A stretch of 64,000 nt of DNA from an uncultured virus (IMG/VR IMGVR_UViG_3300010885_009424) (taxonomy: Duplodnaviria; Heunggongvirae; Uroviricota; Caudoviricetes), in IMG/VR virus record IMGVR_UViG_3300010885_009424. One strand, given 5' to 3'. The position numbers and the translations under genes were made by a program. Below are positions 9,032 to 17,837 of the stretch, one piece after another (positions within the stretch are counted from its first letter, which is position 1; each line of letters begins with the position of its first letter). Under the pieces are notes generated by a model. It saw nothing but the letters and a program-made list of their open reading frames with translations. It did no database searches and was not told the origin of the DNA.

Positions 9032-9412
9032 CTATTTAGAGGATCCCTTATCGGAGAACTTCAGCCCTTGGTACTCAGGGTACGCCTGACCGATGACCAC
9101 GGATGCCCGTGACATGAGGACATCCACGCAGTCGGGGCATTGCAGCGTGTATTGCGGGATGGGGTCGGCGAGGGTGACATTCACCGTACCGTCCACATGG
9201 TTGATGTACGCCTTCATCAATGCGCCGTAGTCGCTGCTCTTGCCCGACTTCGGATCCGATATGCTTGCCGAAATGCGAGTCTCGAACACCTCGAAGTCGG
9301 GTCGCCGCTTGCAGCCCTGCGTTGCCACCGCCATCACGAGGGCGGTCGCCATGTAGAGAAGGACACGAGGTAGACGCATACTCTTATGACGGGTAAACTT
9401 CGGATGATTCAT
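9032..9412 (-). CDS. Hypothetical secreted protein or lipoprotein
   Basis: Basic N-terminus, hydrophobic stretch, imperfect lipobox TQG-C. Confidence 0.5.
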   Translation of the reverse strand: MNHPKFTRHKSMRLPRVLLYMATALVMAVATQGCKRRPDFEVFETRISASISDPKSGKSSDYGALMKAYINHVDGTVNVTLADPIPQYTLQCPDCVDVLMSRASVVIGQAYPEYQGLKFSDKGSSK

Positions 9413-9434
9413 AGGGACAGTCTACCTTCAGAAG

Positions 9435-10484
9435 TCATCCTTGCATCGACTCGGTGTAGATTTCCCGCATTAAGGTCTTGAGCCTGACGGAATCGACGAC
9501 ACCATCCATACAGTCGATATCGTCGCAGATGAGGGTGAGGGTGTCCTTGGAGATGTCAGCCGCCGCCGTGATCCCTGCCGTGGCGTTCAGGTTATCGGAT
9601 TCATCGACTATCGTCACCCCATGGACAGGGGCTTCGTTGAGCCTGTCGAGAAGGTTGTCGAACATGATCGGTCGAGTCTTCCCCTTGACCTGCATTCGCA
9701 CGAAGGTGTTGGCGTAAGGCTTGCAGTTGTGGATGCCGTAGTCATGCTCCCTGTCTTCGTACACGATCTCGTGGAACATGGAACGGGGATTCTCCACGAA
9801 GTCCATGTCTCCCGTGTCAGGATCGAAGACATGGAATCCCTTGCGCTCCCCAAGATCCGTGAAGGTCATCTGATACTGTGTGCCGAGGTAGTGGATGTTG
9901 CCCTTGCTGTGGCGGCAATGGAAGTGTCCGCTGTAGACCGCCTTGAACCGTGAGAGGACATGGGCATCCATTCCCTCGTGATACTCCACCCCCCGAAGCA
10001 CCTCGTAGCCGTTGATCTCGAAGTGTCCCATGAGGATCTCGACGGGGGCTGTCTGTATGAACTTGAGACACTCCTCGGCGTTGTCCTTCGTGATCCACGG
10101 GACTAATCCCACGGGTCGGTCGTCGAGGATGAAGACGGTCGGAGCCTCGTGTACGACGATGTTAGGGTACAGGCTGAACAGTTCCACGACCGAGTTGAGT
10201 CGGTTGGTGTTCTTGAAGAACACATCATGGTTCCCGAGGGTGATGTCCATGCGGACTCCCATCTCCCGCAGTGGGTCGAGGAACCTCGTCCTGACCTGAT
10301 TGAGGGTGTGGAAGTTGATGAACTTGCGCCTGTCGAGGAAATCCCCGAGATGGACGATGCGGTTGATCCCGTGCCGCTTGATGTACGGGAAAAAGGTGTC
10401 CCCGAAGAACTCCATTGAGTGGTCGAGGAAGATCGGGCTGTCGTTCCGTACCCCGAAGTGGGTGTCGTTGATGACGGCAATCAT
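9435..10484 (-). CDS. 47: gp47 recombination endonuclease subunit (Mre11/SbcD-like)
   Basis: Start MIAVINDTHFG at 10484 (ATGA overlap with gp55); metallophosphoesterase motifs DTH, GD.LD, GNHD, GHFH. Confidence 0.93.
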   Translation of the reverse strand: MIAVINDTHFGVRNDSPIFLDHSMEFFGDTFFPYIKRHGINRIVHLGDFLDRRKFINFHTLNQVRTRFLDPLREMGVRMDITLGNHDVFFKNTNRLNSVVELFSLYPNIVVHEAPTVFILDDRPVGLVPWITKDNAEECLKFIQTAPVEILMGHFEINGYEVLRGVEYHEGMDAHVLSRFKAVYSGHFHCRHSKGNIHYLGTQYQMTFTDLGERKGFHVFDPDTGDMDFVENPRSMFHEIVYEDREHDYGIHNCKPYANTFVRMQVKGKTRPIMFDNLLDRLNEAPVHGVTIVDESDNLNATAGITAAADISKDTLTLICDDIDCMDGVVDSVRLKTLMREIYTESMQG

Positions 10485-11068
10485 GCGTCCTCCATCGAAT
10501 CCTCTAGTGTGGAGGATTCCTTGACGGTCTTCTTCTTGACCATCTTCTTCTTGACCATCTTCTTCTTCTTCGATTGCTGGCTTTCGGACGGAGGATCGGA
10601 TATGATGAAGTCGCCGAAGGGGCTTCGCTCGGCTTCCCCGTACTTCTGATGCTGGGACTCCATCCAGTTGCGGAACCGCCCAGTGGGATCGTTCTGCTCG
10701 AAGCACCTCATCTTCACATACAACTGCTTCTTCTCACGCTGTATGCGCCTGATGAATGCGTAGTAGATGATTTGCGTGAAGAAGGCGAAGGGGTTCCTCG
10801 ACTTCTTGGGATCAAAGTTGGTCGCATACATCACGCAGTTCTCCACCGAATCGCCGATCATCTCGTCCCGATAGGTGTAGTTTGCGAAGTTTGGTTTCTT
10901 CGCCAAGTTGTTGGCGATGTCCAAGAAGCACTTGCCGATGTAGTCATTGACCCCAGGTGGCTTGCGTTCAGCCTTCTTCGCCTTGGCGACAGCATTCCTG
11001 TGAGAAACAAGTTCCTTGAGGAACTGTTCGTTGTCGATGTAGTGGTTTCCCTGTTGCTTCGGTGCCAT
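10481..11068 (-). CDS. 55: gp55 late-transcription sigma factor
   Basis: HYIDN..F, YIGKCFLDIA..LA.KPNF.NYTYRDEMI.D, NPFAFFTQIIYYAFIRRIQREKKQ. Confidence 0.95.
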   Translation of the reverse strand: MAPKQQGNHYIDNEQFLKELVSHRNAVAKAKKAERKPPGVNDYIGKCFLDIANNLAKKPNFANYTYRDEMIGDSVENCVMYATNFDPKKSRNPFAFFTQIIYYAFIRRIQREKKQLYVKMRCFEQNDPTGRFRNWMESQHQKYGEAERSPFGDFIISDPPSESQQSKKKKMVKKKMVKKKTVKESSTLEDSMEDA

Positions 11069-11327
11069 CTTTTCCTTGTTCTCCTCCTTGTTATCGGCAC
11101 AAAATGAACTATTTTTGAAAAAGTGACAACTTTACCCGAAAGTTGCCTTTTTTCCCACCTATAAATACTTATAGGAACCAGGTTACTGATACTCTTGTGA
11201 AGAATGATATCTAGTAACTTCTTGAGTAAGGTTCTAGATACTCTTCTAGAAGATATCCTAGATGGTAAAGTAGGATTCTTCTAGTAATGATACCAGGTAT
11301 TATTGGTACCAATGTACCTAGTAAAAC
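11069..11327. other. AT-rich intergenic region with CTAG repeats; candidate replication origin
   Basis: Largest non-coding gap in the window; six CTAG in 11211-11321; TATAAATA hairpin at 11158-11175. Confidence 0.4.
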
Positions 11328-11789
11328 TTAGTACCCCAAACGGGGGTTTCCACCCCACCCAGGAAACTCATCGTTCTCTTCCTTCTCGGGATCCCGTTCG
11401 TCCATCATCCCACCATCCAAAGAGTTCTTTCTCTCACCGAACTCTGACTCGACGGTCGGGGGACTCCTTCGCTCAACCATGTCCTGCATGATGTCGGCGT
11501 TCATCTTCGCTTGCATGTAGTCCGAGACGATTGCCGCCACAGGCTTCACGATGCACACGACCAATTCCTTCCTTATGGGGATGTAGTCGTCCGCACAGAA
11601 GTCGATCCAGTCCTTCATTCCCACCGACACCTCCTGCGGCATCGAATCCTCTTCCTGATCGACTACGATCACGGTGAGGAGCATGGGTCTTTCCAAGATA
11701 TAGGTGTTCTTGCCGTGGTCGCCGATGCCCGACACGATGGTCTCTCCCGTCAGCAGCCGAAGCATTTTGATCGGATAGAACTGTGTCAT
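11328..11789 (-). CDS. Conserved T4-like hypothetical protein downstream of uvsW
   Basis: IKMLRLLTGETIVS..., LERPM, KDWIDF; ATGA overlap with uvsW. Confidence 0.7.
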   Translation of the reverse strand: MTQFYPIKMLRLLTGETIVSGIGDHGKNTYILERPMLLTVIVVDQEEDSMPQEVSVGMKDWIDFCADDYIPIRKELVVCIVKPVAAIVSDYMQAKMNADIMQDMVERRSPPTVESEFGERKNSLDGGMMDERDPEKEENDEFPGWGGNPRLGY

Positions 11790-13324
11790 GGGTTTCCCTT
11801 CGGTCGTTCGATCCTCATGTCCAAAGGCATCTTGACCAACTTGTAACTGAACTCCTCCGCTTCGTAGATCCTCACACGCTTGAGGAAGTGCTGAAGGGTG
11901 TAGTTCAGGTTCTCCCCGTCATGGAGGTCATCGGCGATGTCGTACAGTTTGGCGACATGCTTGCCCTCGAACTTGCGCAACTGCCGTCCGATGGACTGAA
12001 GCACCCTGATCCTCGACTTGCTTGGTGAGGCGAAGATGACATTCCGCAGCGACTTGATGTTGATGCCCGTCGAGAATGTCCCGTAACTCGCCACGATGAT
12101 GGCGTTCTGCTCCTTCTCGACGATTCCACGGATCTTCTCACGCTCGGTGAGTTCCGTCTCGCCCGCCACGAAGTAAACGCTGCGTCCTTCGATTACATTA
12201 GAGGCGCAACGCTTGATGTGCTCGTAGAGGGGTTTGCCATGCTTCTCGACATAGTTGAACAGGACGAGGGTGTTGCCTCGGGTGGCTGCGGTGAGGTGGG
12301 CGATGAAGTCGTTCCGCTTCTCGCAACCCACGAGCCATTCGATCTCGTTCTGATAGTCCAACCCGCACACGCTCTTGCGAACCTCGGGTGGATATCGGAG
12401 CATGATGCATTCGATCCGCAGCGAGGTCAGGAGGTTCCTGTCCATCAACTCCTTGGTGGTCACCACCTTGTGTACGGGACCGAACAGACCTTCGATTGCG
12501 AGTTTGTGGATCTTCGATCCGTCGAGGGTTCCCGTCAGGGCGATCCTGTAGGGACACTCAGTGAGTTTGTTCATAATCCCACCAAGGCTTTGTGCCTTGA
12601 ACTGATGGGCTTCGTCTCCGAACACGACCTCGAAGTTATCGAACCATGCCCTAGGCAACTTGTAGATCGACTGCCAAGTGGATATCACCACCTGCTTGTC
12701 GGTCAGTTTGGTCTCGCCGCCGACGATCCTGTGGCAGTTCTCCTCGGCTACCCAATCCGTATCGGATGAGTAGTCCTTGAAGTCCGAGAACATCTGCGCC
12801 ACGAGGGATATCGTCGGAACGACTATGAGGATCTTGCGGGATGAGGGAATAACCCGTTGGTAGTGGCGGCAAAGGCTGTAGATGATGAGGCTCTTCCCCG
12901 ATGCGGTCGGGGAGAGGAGTACGCATCTTGAGTGGTTGAGGGAATGGCAGATGGCATCGACCTGATGGTCGTGCGGCGAGAGTGCCTTGCCTCCTGACTT
13001 CGGGTTCAGGGACTCGACCATCCCCCGCACCTTCTCACAGTCGTACCGCATCTCGGGCTGCGCCACTCCCGAGTCCACTTTCACCTCGTACCCACGGTCA
13101 CGGGCGAAGGTGGCGAGATAGTCCATCAACCCTGCGGGAAGCAGACCCGAATGGTGGTTGTAGAGCCGAACCTTCCCGTCCCATACCTTCCTACGGTATG
13201 CGGGAGTGAACTTGGCACCTGGCACATCAAAGGTGAAGTAGTCCTGCAACTCGTATGAGACGGAGTTCTCCGTGAGGACACGGAGGTGCGCCGAGTTCAT
13301 GCTGCGGACTTCAATGGAGGGCAT
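11786..13324 (-). CDS. uvsW: UvsW SF2 RNA-DNA / DNA helicase
   Basis: WDGKVRL, SPTASGKS, DEAH, TGT, STGINIK.L.NVIFASPSKS.IRVLQSIGR; probable start ATG 13324 after CTAAATA 13336-13342. Confidence 0.95.
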   Translation of the reverse strand: MPSIEVRSMNSAHLRVLTENSVSYELQDYFTFDVPGAKFTPAYRRKVWDGKVRLYNHHSGLLPAGLMDYLATFARDRGYEVKVDSGVAQPEMRYDCEKVRGMVESLNPKSGGKALSPHDHQVDAICHSLNHSRCVLLSPTASGKSLIIYSLCRHYQRVIPSSRKILIVVPTISLVAQMFSDFKDYSSDTDWVAEENCHRIVGGETKLTDKQVVISTWQSIYKLPRAWFDNFEVVFGDEAHQFKAQSLGGIMNKLTECPYRIALTGTLDGSKIHKLAIEGLFGPVHKVVTTKELMDRNLLTSLRIECIMLRYPPEVRKSVCGLDYQNEIEWLVGCEKRNDFIAHLTAATRGNTLVLFNYVEKHGKPLYEHIKRCASNVIEGRSVYFVAGETELTEREKIRGIVEKEQNAIIVASYGTFSTGINIKSLRNVIFASPSKSRIRVLQSIGRQLRKFEGKHVAKLYDIADDLHDGENLNYTLQHFLKRVRIYEAEEFSYKLVKMPLDMRIERPKGNP

Positions 13325-13338
13325 CGAGCGTACCGTAT

Positions 13339-13776
13339 TTAGGACACCCCGCTCATAAACTTCCGCCACTCAATTGCGTTGCGGATCACCCAGTTTCGGT
13401 TGTTGATCCCTTTCAGGATGGAGTCGAGGTAGTCCACCTTGCCCCTCTGTAGTTCGATCTTCGAGCGGATGCGGAGCATGTCGGGATCGGCATCCATGTA
13501 GATGTCCATGTCCTGTCGGAGTACTCGGGTCGAGAAAGGCTCCCATCCGAGTTCCTTCAGTTCATCCTGTGACAACTTCCCGTTGTACCACTCCCACTTC
13601 CGCTTACGCAGGGTCACGAGATCGACCTCTAGTTTCTGTTGGACAAGCCTTTCGTCGTGGAAGAAGTTGAGCCACTTGCCGTGGAGTACGGGAATCCTGA
13701 TCGACTCGTCGCCGAGTTCGGTGCCGTCGATCTTGAGATCATTATTGGCGATCTCCTTGTAATTGTCTATGTTCAT
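13339..13776 (-). CDS. uvsY: UvsY recombination mediator
   Basis: DLKID..EL..ES..IP.LHGKW, KWEWYNGK, IRNAIEWRKF; adjacent to uvsW. Confidence 0.88.
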   Translation of the reverse strand: MNIDNYKEIANNDLKIDGTELGDESIRIPVLHGKWLNFFHDERLVQQKLEVDLVTLRKRKWEWYNGKLSQDELKELGWEPFSTRVLRQDMDIYMDADPDMLRIRSKIELQRGKVDYLDSILKGINNRNWVIRNAIEWRKFMSGVS

Positions 13777-13820
13777 AGTTGTATCCTACCTTTGTTCTTC
13801 GGTGGTCGCTAGATATCTCG

Positions 13821-14372
13821 GTGAAGATCGTTGGTATCGACTACAGCATGTCCTGTCCCGCCTTGACCATTCGGATTGACGGCGGGTTCGTGTCCGTCTG
13901 CTACTTCATAAGCCCCACGAAGAAGGCGGAGGGGACGGGACGCAGCGGCGACTTGGTTTGGTTTGGCGAGCCGTATCCCGTTTACTACTCGCAGGAGCAA
14001 CGATTTCACGCCTTGTCGGCATGGGCATTGCCGCTCTGCATGGGTGCCGATCTCATCGTCATTGAAGACTATGCCATGAGTGCCAAGGGTCGGGTATTTC
14101 ACCTCGGCGAGAACTGCGGTCTACTCAAGCACAAGTTGTGGAACAACGGTCTGAAGTTCACCGTGGTTGCTCCGACCGCCCTCAAGAAGTTCGCCACGGG
14201 CAAGGGCAACGCCGACAAGTGCGCCATGGTCGATGCGTTCAAGCGCAGGACGGGGATCGACCTCGTTGCCGAATTTGGTGGCGGCAAGAACTGCGGTAGC
14301 CCTGTATCCGACATCGTGGACTCGTGGTTCCTTGCAGCCTACGGCGACGAGGTCACGAGGAAAGCACGATAG
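13821..14372 (+). CDS. RuvC-like Holliday junction resolvase
   Basis: IVGIDYS, IEDYA, PTALKKFATGKGNADK, DIVDS acidic residues; GTG start at 13821. Confidence 0.85.
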   Translation: MKIVGIDYSMSCPALTIRIDGGFVSVCYFISPTKKAEGTGRSGDLVWFGEPYPVYYSQEQRFHALSAWALPLCMGADLIVIEDYAMSAKGRVFHLGENCGLLKHKLWNNGLKFTVVAPTALKKFATGKGNADKCAMVDAFKRRTGIDLVAEFGGGKNCGSPVSDIVDSWFLAAYGDEVTRKAR

Positions 14373-14790
14373 CCTGAAGGTCGGGGAACGCTTCGAGGAC
14401 AATCTTCTTGTCGAGGGAGTAAGCCTTGTCGAAGGTGCCATCGAAGAGTTCCTTGATGACCTTGGCTTCACCCGAATGAACCGATTCGAGGATCTGTATA
14501 AGAAGGGCATCCTTCCTAGAGGAGTCCAACTTGTAGGTTTCCTTGAAGATGTACAGCCTCTTCGCCTCTTGGAAGAGACTCGTTATGGTCAGACCCTCGG
14601 GAGACGAGTCGGGGGTGTAAGTGGGCAGATCCTTCCTGTACCACTTGCCATTGTTGATGAAGGCGTAGTGAAGGATCTGCTTGAGTGTGTGGCTTTGGTT
14701 CTCCCGCAGCATCCGCACGACATCCTCCTTGCTCAAGGCAGTCTGAATGATGTTCGACAGGATCTCGGGAATCGTCAGGGTCATCGGCAT
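14353..14790 (-). CDS. Conserved T4-like hypothetical late protein
   Basis: L.QEAKRLYIF, IQILESVH..EAK.I, V.EAFPDL; CTAAATA at 14811-14817. Confidence 0.75.
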   Translation of the reverse strand: MPMTLTIPEILSNIIQTALSKEDVVRMLRENQSHTLKQILHYAFINNGKWYRKDLPTYTPDSSPEGLTITSLFQEAKRLYIFKETYKLDSSRKDALLIQILESVHSGEAKVIKELFDGTFDKAYSLDKKIVLEAFPDLQAIVLSS

Positions 14791-14849
14791 GTTCTAGTTT
14801 TCCTTTGCGGTATTTAGCCTAGATAGACAATGTTTGGAGGAACATCGCT

Positions 14850-15074
14850 ATGAAGGAAGAAACTGATAGGGACTCACAGAAGAGCAGGGTTTGGCTCAAG
14901 GAAGAGGGCAAGCCCGCTGTCGTCCGAAGGATAGAGGCGCATCCGACATACGGAAAGCAGTACCTCGTCACCGCTTATAGCGGAAGTTGGGGACCAGAAA
15001 CCTACTGGGTGAAGGAATCCAATGTCGGGCAGATGGGTGGGCAAGGGCGGTCGTCGGCAAGTGGGGGGGGATGA
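14850..15074 (+). CDS. Hypothetical protein
   Basis: SD GGAGG upstream; short beta-rich sequence. Confidence 0.55.
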   Translation: MKEETDRDSQKSRVWLKEEGKPAVVRRIEAHPTYGKQYLVTAYSGSWGPETYWVKESNVGQMGGQGRSSASGGG

Positions 15075-15240
15075 TGAGCAGGAGGGCGAAACTCGCCCGC
15101 ACCCACACGGGTGGTCGCACCCGCAGGGACACTCACGCCCACGCCCCCGTGCGTGTGGGGGGAGGTCTTCTCCCGATTGCTCGGGACGCTACGGAGATTG
15201 TGCAAGATCTGCGGGATTTAGCCTGTGTTTGTTGCGTCTT

Positions 15241-15259
15241 GTACCGATAAATACGGTAC
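15241..15259 (+). promoter_or_regulatory. Late promoter forming the loop of a perfect hairpin
   Basis: GTACCG-ATAAATA-CGGTAC, 6 nt before ATG 15266. Confidence 0.7.
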
Positions 15260-15265
15260 TACGCT

Positions 15266-15520
15266 ATGCCAAACTATGATTATTGCTGCAAGGTTTGCGA
15301 CCATCGATTCGAGGAGTTCCGCCTCATCAAGGATCGGAGGAAGCCCTGCAAGGCTCCATGTCCCTCCTGTGGCGAGAAGGCGGTCGGACAGTTCATCGCC
15401 TCTGCTCCCGTCCTGATCGACCCCGTGAGGCTTGGCATTCGTCGCCCCGACAGCGGGTTCAAGGAAGTCATTTCCAAGATCAAGGCAGCACACCCCCGCA
15501 GCGGAATGAAGGATTACTGA
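15266..15520 (+). CDS. FmdB-family zinc-ribbon protein
   Basis: MPNYDYCCKVCDHRFEE...CPSCG; GF.EVISKIK.AHP. Confidence 0.85.
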   Translation: MPNYDYCCKVCDHRFEEFRLIKDRRKPCKAPCPSCGEKAVGQFIASAPVLIDPVRLGIRRPDSGFKEVISKIKAAHPRSGMKDY

Positions 15521-15522
15521 TC

Positions 15523-16209
15523 ATGGATGCCGAGAAACTTGAGTCTGTCGAAGCAGAGGGCAAGGGTCGGTATTATCGGTCGCCCACGAGCGACCAATGG
15601 TATCCGTCCGTCACCACCGTGGTCAATCACCGTGATGCCGATAAGTGGGCGAAGTGGCGAACCGATCCTGAGAACGCCAAGATCGGCGAGGCGGCGATTG
15701 CACGGGGCAACCGACTCCACACGGTCGTAGAGGATTGGCTTCTCCTCGGCAAAACCCCGACCACCCTTGAGAACAAGTGGCACTTCGATCCGCTGCTTCC
15801 GTACCTGAAGCGGATCGGTCGCATCTATGCGATTGAGAAGTCGCTGTGGTCGGATGTGATGATGCTTGCTGGGCGAACCGACTGCATCGGCGACTACGGC
15901 AGTACACCCGCCATCATCGACTTCAAGACCTCAGGCAAGACCAAGCGCAGGGAGTGGATCACCAACTACTTCCACCAAGCCGCCGCCTACTCGTACATGT
16001 GGGAGGAACGGACGGGTCAGCGCATCGACACCCTCGTCGTGCTGATCGCTTGTGACGATGGCTCGGTGCAGGAGTTTGTCGAAAACCGCATCGACCACCG
16101 TGAGGGTCTCGCATCGGTCATTGAGGACTACTGGAAGAAGTACGACTTCACCGAGGTACAGACTCTTGCCGAGAGCATCAGGGGGGCTGCGAATGCGGTG
16201 GCTCCGTGA
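15523..16209 (+). CDS. PD-(D/E)XK exonuclease (Cas4/RecB-like)
   Basis: YPSVTTV, RGNRLH, AGRTDCI, IIDFKTS, YFHQAAAY; start ATG 15523. Confidence 0.88.
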   Translation: MDAEKLESVEAEGKGRYYRSPTSDQWYPSVTTVVNHRDADKWAKWRTDPENAKIGEAAIARGNRLHTVVEDWLLLGKTPTTLENKWHFDPLLPYLKRIGRIYAIEKSLWSDVMMLAGRTDCIGDYGSTPAIIDFKTSGKTKRREWITNYFHQAAAYSYMWEERTGQRIDTLVVLIACDDGSVQEFVENRIDHREGLASVIEDYWKKYDFTEVQTLAESIRGAANAVAP

Positions 16210-16435
16210 TCTCTTTGGGGCTTTGTTCGGTGAAAAGGCGATCTTGCCACCGCCGCCCGTCATCGCACAGTCCGAGCGACTGCATTGCATTCGCTTTATG
16301 ACGGAGCGTGGAGAGCAGGTCGCCGTCCTTCTCACCACGGAGGAGTTCGAGCGTGGCTTGATGCGTTGGGTCGATACGGTGGACACCATGCCGATAGACA
16401 CGACTGAGCCGAGTGAGCGGGAAGGAATCTCCTGA
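16193..16435 (+). CDS. Hypothetical protein
   Basis: ATG 16193; TGATG coupling to gp33. Confidence 0.5.
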   Translation: MRWLRDLFGALFGEKAILPPPPVIAQSERLHCIRFMTERGEQVAVLLTTEEFERGLMRWVDTVDTMPIDTTEPSEREGIS

Positions 16436-16671
16436 TGGGGTCGATACTCAAGATAGAGGACACCTTCAGCAAGGAGATAGAGGAACTGTGCTGCAATCGT
16501 AAGGACTCGTCCGTAATCGATGTGATACTGGAACTCTGCGAAAAGTACGAGATCGAACCCCAATCGGTGGCGAAGTTGGTGAACAAGCCCTTGAAGGAAA
16601 GGATGAGGGCTGAGTTCGAGCAGCGCAACATGATGAAGGGTGGAAGAAAAACAAGGCTACCGCTTGACTGA
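16435..16671 (+). CDS. 33: gp33 late-transcription coactivator
   Basis: FS.EIE...., ID.I...CE...IE...VAKL..KPLKE..., LP end. Confidence 0.85.
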   Translation: MGSILKIEDTFSKEIEELCCNRKDSSVIDVILELCEKYEIEPQSVAKLVNKPLKERMRAEFEQRNMMKGGRKTRLPLD

Positions 16672-16691
16672 ACGGTGGATTACCGTACAAT
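16664..16691 (+). promoter_or_regulatory. Sigma70-type promoter for gp32
   Basis: TTGACT-N16-TACAAT; SD AAGGAG. Confidence 0.6.
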
Positions 16692-16729
16692 AGACACACA
16701 GTCGATACAACCATACAAGGAGATATGAA

Positions 16730-17665
16730 ATGTCAGGATTTGCAAACCTCAAGAAGAACAGTCAAGGCTCAATCGACCGTCTCTCTGCGGAGATTCAGAA
16801 GTTGAGCAGCAAGCAGTCCTATGATGACGACCGCATGTGGTCGCTGACGAGGGACAAGAGCGATAACGGCTACGCAGTCATCCGCTTCCTGCCGCCCGTC
16901 GAGGGCGAGGATATCCCGTGGGTCCGTTTTTTCAACCATGGATTCCAAGGCAAGGGCGGTTGGCTCATCGAAAACTGCCCCACCACGATCAGCGGCAAGA
17001 AGTGTCCGATCTGCGAGGCGAACAACGAACTATGGAACAGCGGACTTGAGGCAAACAAGCAGATCGCCCGTGACCGCAAGAGGAAGTTGTCGTATATCGG
17101 CAACATCCTCGTGGTCAGCGATCCCGCCAATCCGTCCAACGATGGCAAGGTCTTCCTCTACAAGTTCGGCAAGAAGATCTTCGACAAGATGCAGGAAGTG
17201 ATGAACCCCACGGCTCCCGACGAGCCGAAGTTCAATCCGTTCGACTTGTGGAAGGGTGCCAACTTCAAGTTGAAGTCGCACCGTGAGAGCGGCTTCGTCT
17301 CCTACGATAAGTCGGGTTTCCAACCGCAGTCCGCAATCTTCGACGGCGATGAGAAGCGTCTCGAAGTCCTTTGGAAGACGCAGTACCCGCTGCTTCCGTT
17401 CGTCGCCCCCGATCAGTTCAAGTCCTACGAGGAACTGTCGAGCCGCCTCGCCATCGTCATCAGGGGTGGAGTGGCGGAGGGTTCTGCGACCCGTGCCGAG
17501 GATGCGAAGCCCGAGTCCGACTTTCGCAGCAAGATGAGGGCGGCGGACGAGGGTCCGTTTGATCCGACTCCCAAGAAGAGCGCAGTCCCCGCCAAGGCTG
17601 CGAAGACCGATGACAATGACGATGCGTTTGCCTACTTCAAGAAGTTGGCTGACGACGAGGACTGA
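16730..17665 (+). CDS. 32: gp32 single-stranded DNA-binding protein
   Basis: NGYAVIRFLP, HGFQ..GGW.IENCPTT...CPICE, GKVFLYKFGKKIFDK, acidic tail YFKKLADDED. Confidence 0.96.
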   Translation: MSGFANLKKNSQGSIDRLSAEIQKLSSKQSYDDDRMWSLTRDKSDNGYAVIRFLPPVEGEDIPWVRFFNHGFQGKGGWLIENCPTTISGKKCPICEANNELWNSGLEANKQIARDRKRKLSYIGNILVVSDPANPSNDGKVFLYKFGKKIFDKMQEVMNPTAPDEPKFNPFDLWKGANFKLKSHRESGFVSYDKSGFQPQSAIFDGDEKRLEVLWKTQYPLLPFVAPDQFKSYEELSSRLAIVIRGGVAEGSATRAEDAKPESDFRSKMRAADEGPFDPTPKKSAVPAKAAKTDDNDDAFAYFKKLADDED

Positions 17666-17685
17666 AACCCCTGATGCGACCGAAC

Positions 17686-17717
17686 GGCATCCCCCCGCAA
17701 GGGGGGTTGTCGCTTTT
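17686..17717 (+). terminator. Rho-independent terminator after gp32
   Basis: CCCCCC-GCAA-GGGGGG stem with GNRA loop followed by a T-run, between convergent genes. Confidence 0.75.
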
Positions 17718-17837
17718 AGTCGGTCGTGACCACCACGACGATGTCGTTGTTGGCGATGCGCTCGTTCCAATCGAAGGCGAGTTCCTGCTTGCCGTTCAAG
17801 CGAAACGGCGGATCTCGAACAACTTCGCATACTCCCG

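Noticed and set aside
8799..9032. Possible tmRNA or tRNA-like RNA (GGGGC start, CACCA-like end on minus strand)
   Set aside because: No T-loop GTTC motif or matching acceptor stem; better explained as a 68-aa ORF plus an SD hairpin.
10485..10706. N-terminal extension of gp47 in the ORF track
   Set aside because: Overlaps gp55; the conserved start MIAVINDTH with ATGA coupling is at 10484.
15523..16209. Cas4-like nuclease as a sign of CRISPR-Cas
   Set aside because: No repeat-spacer array or other cas genes; this exonuclease is a common T4-like gene near gp33.
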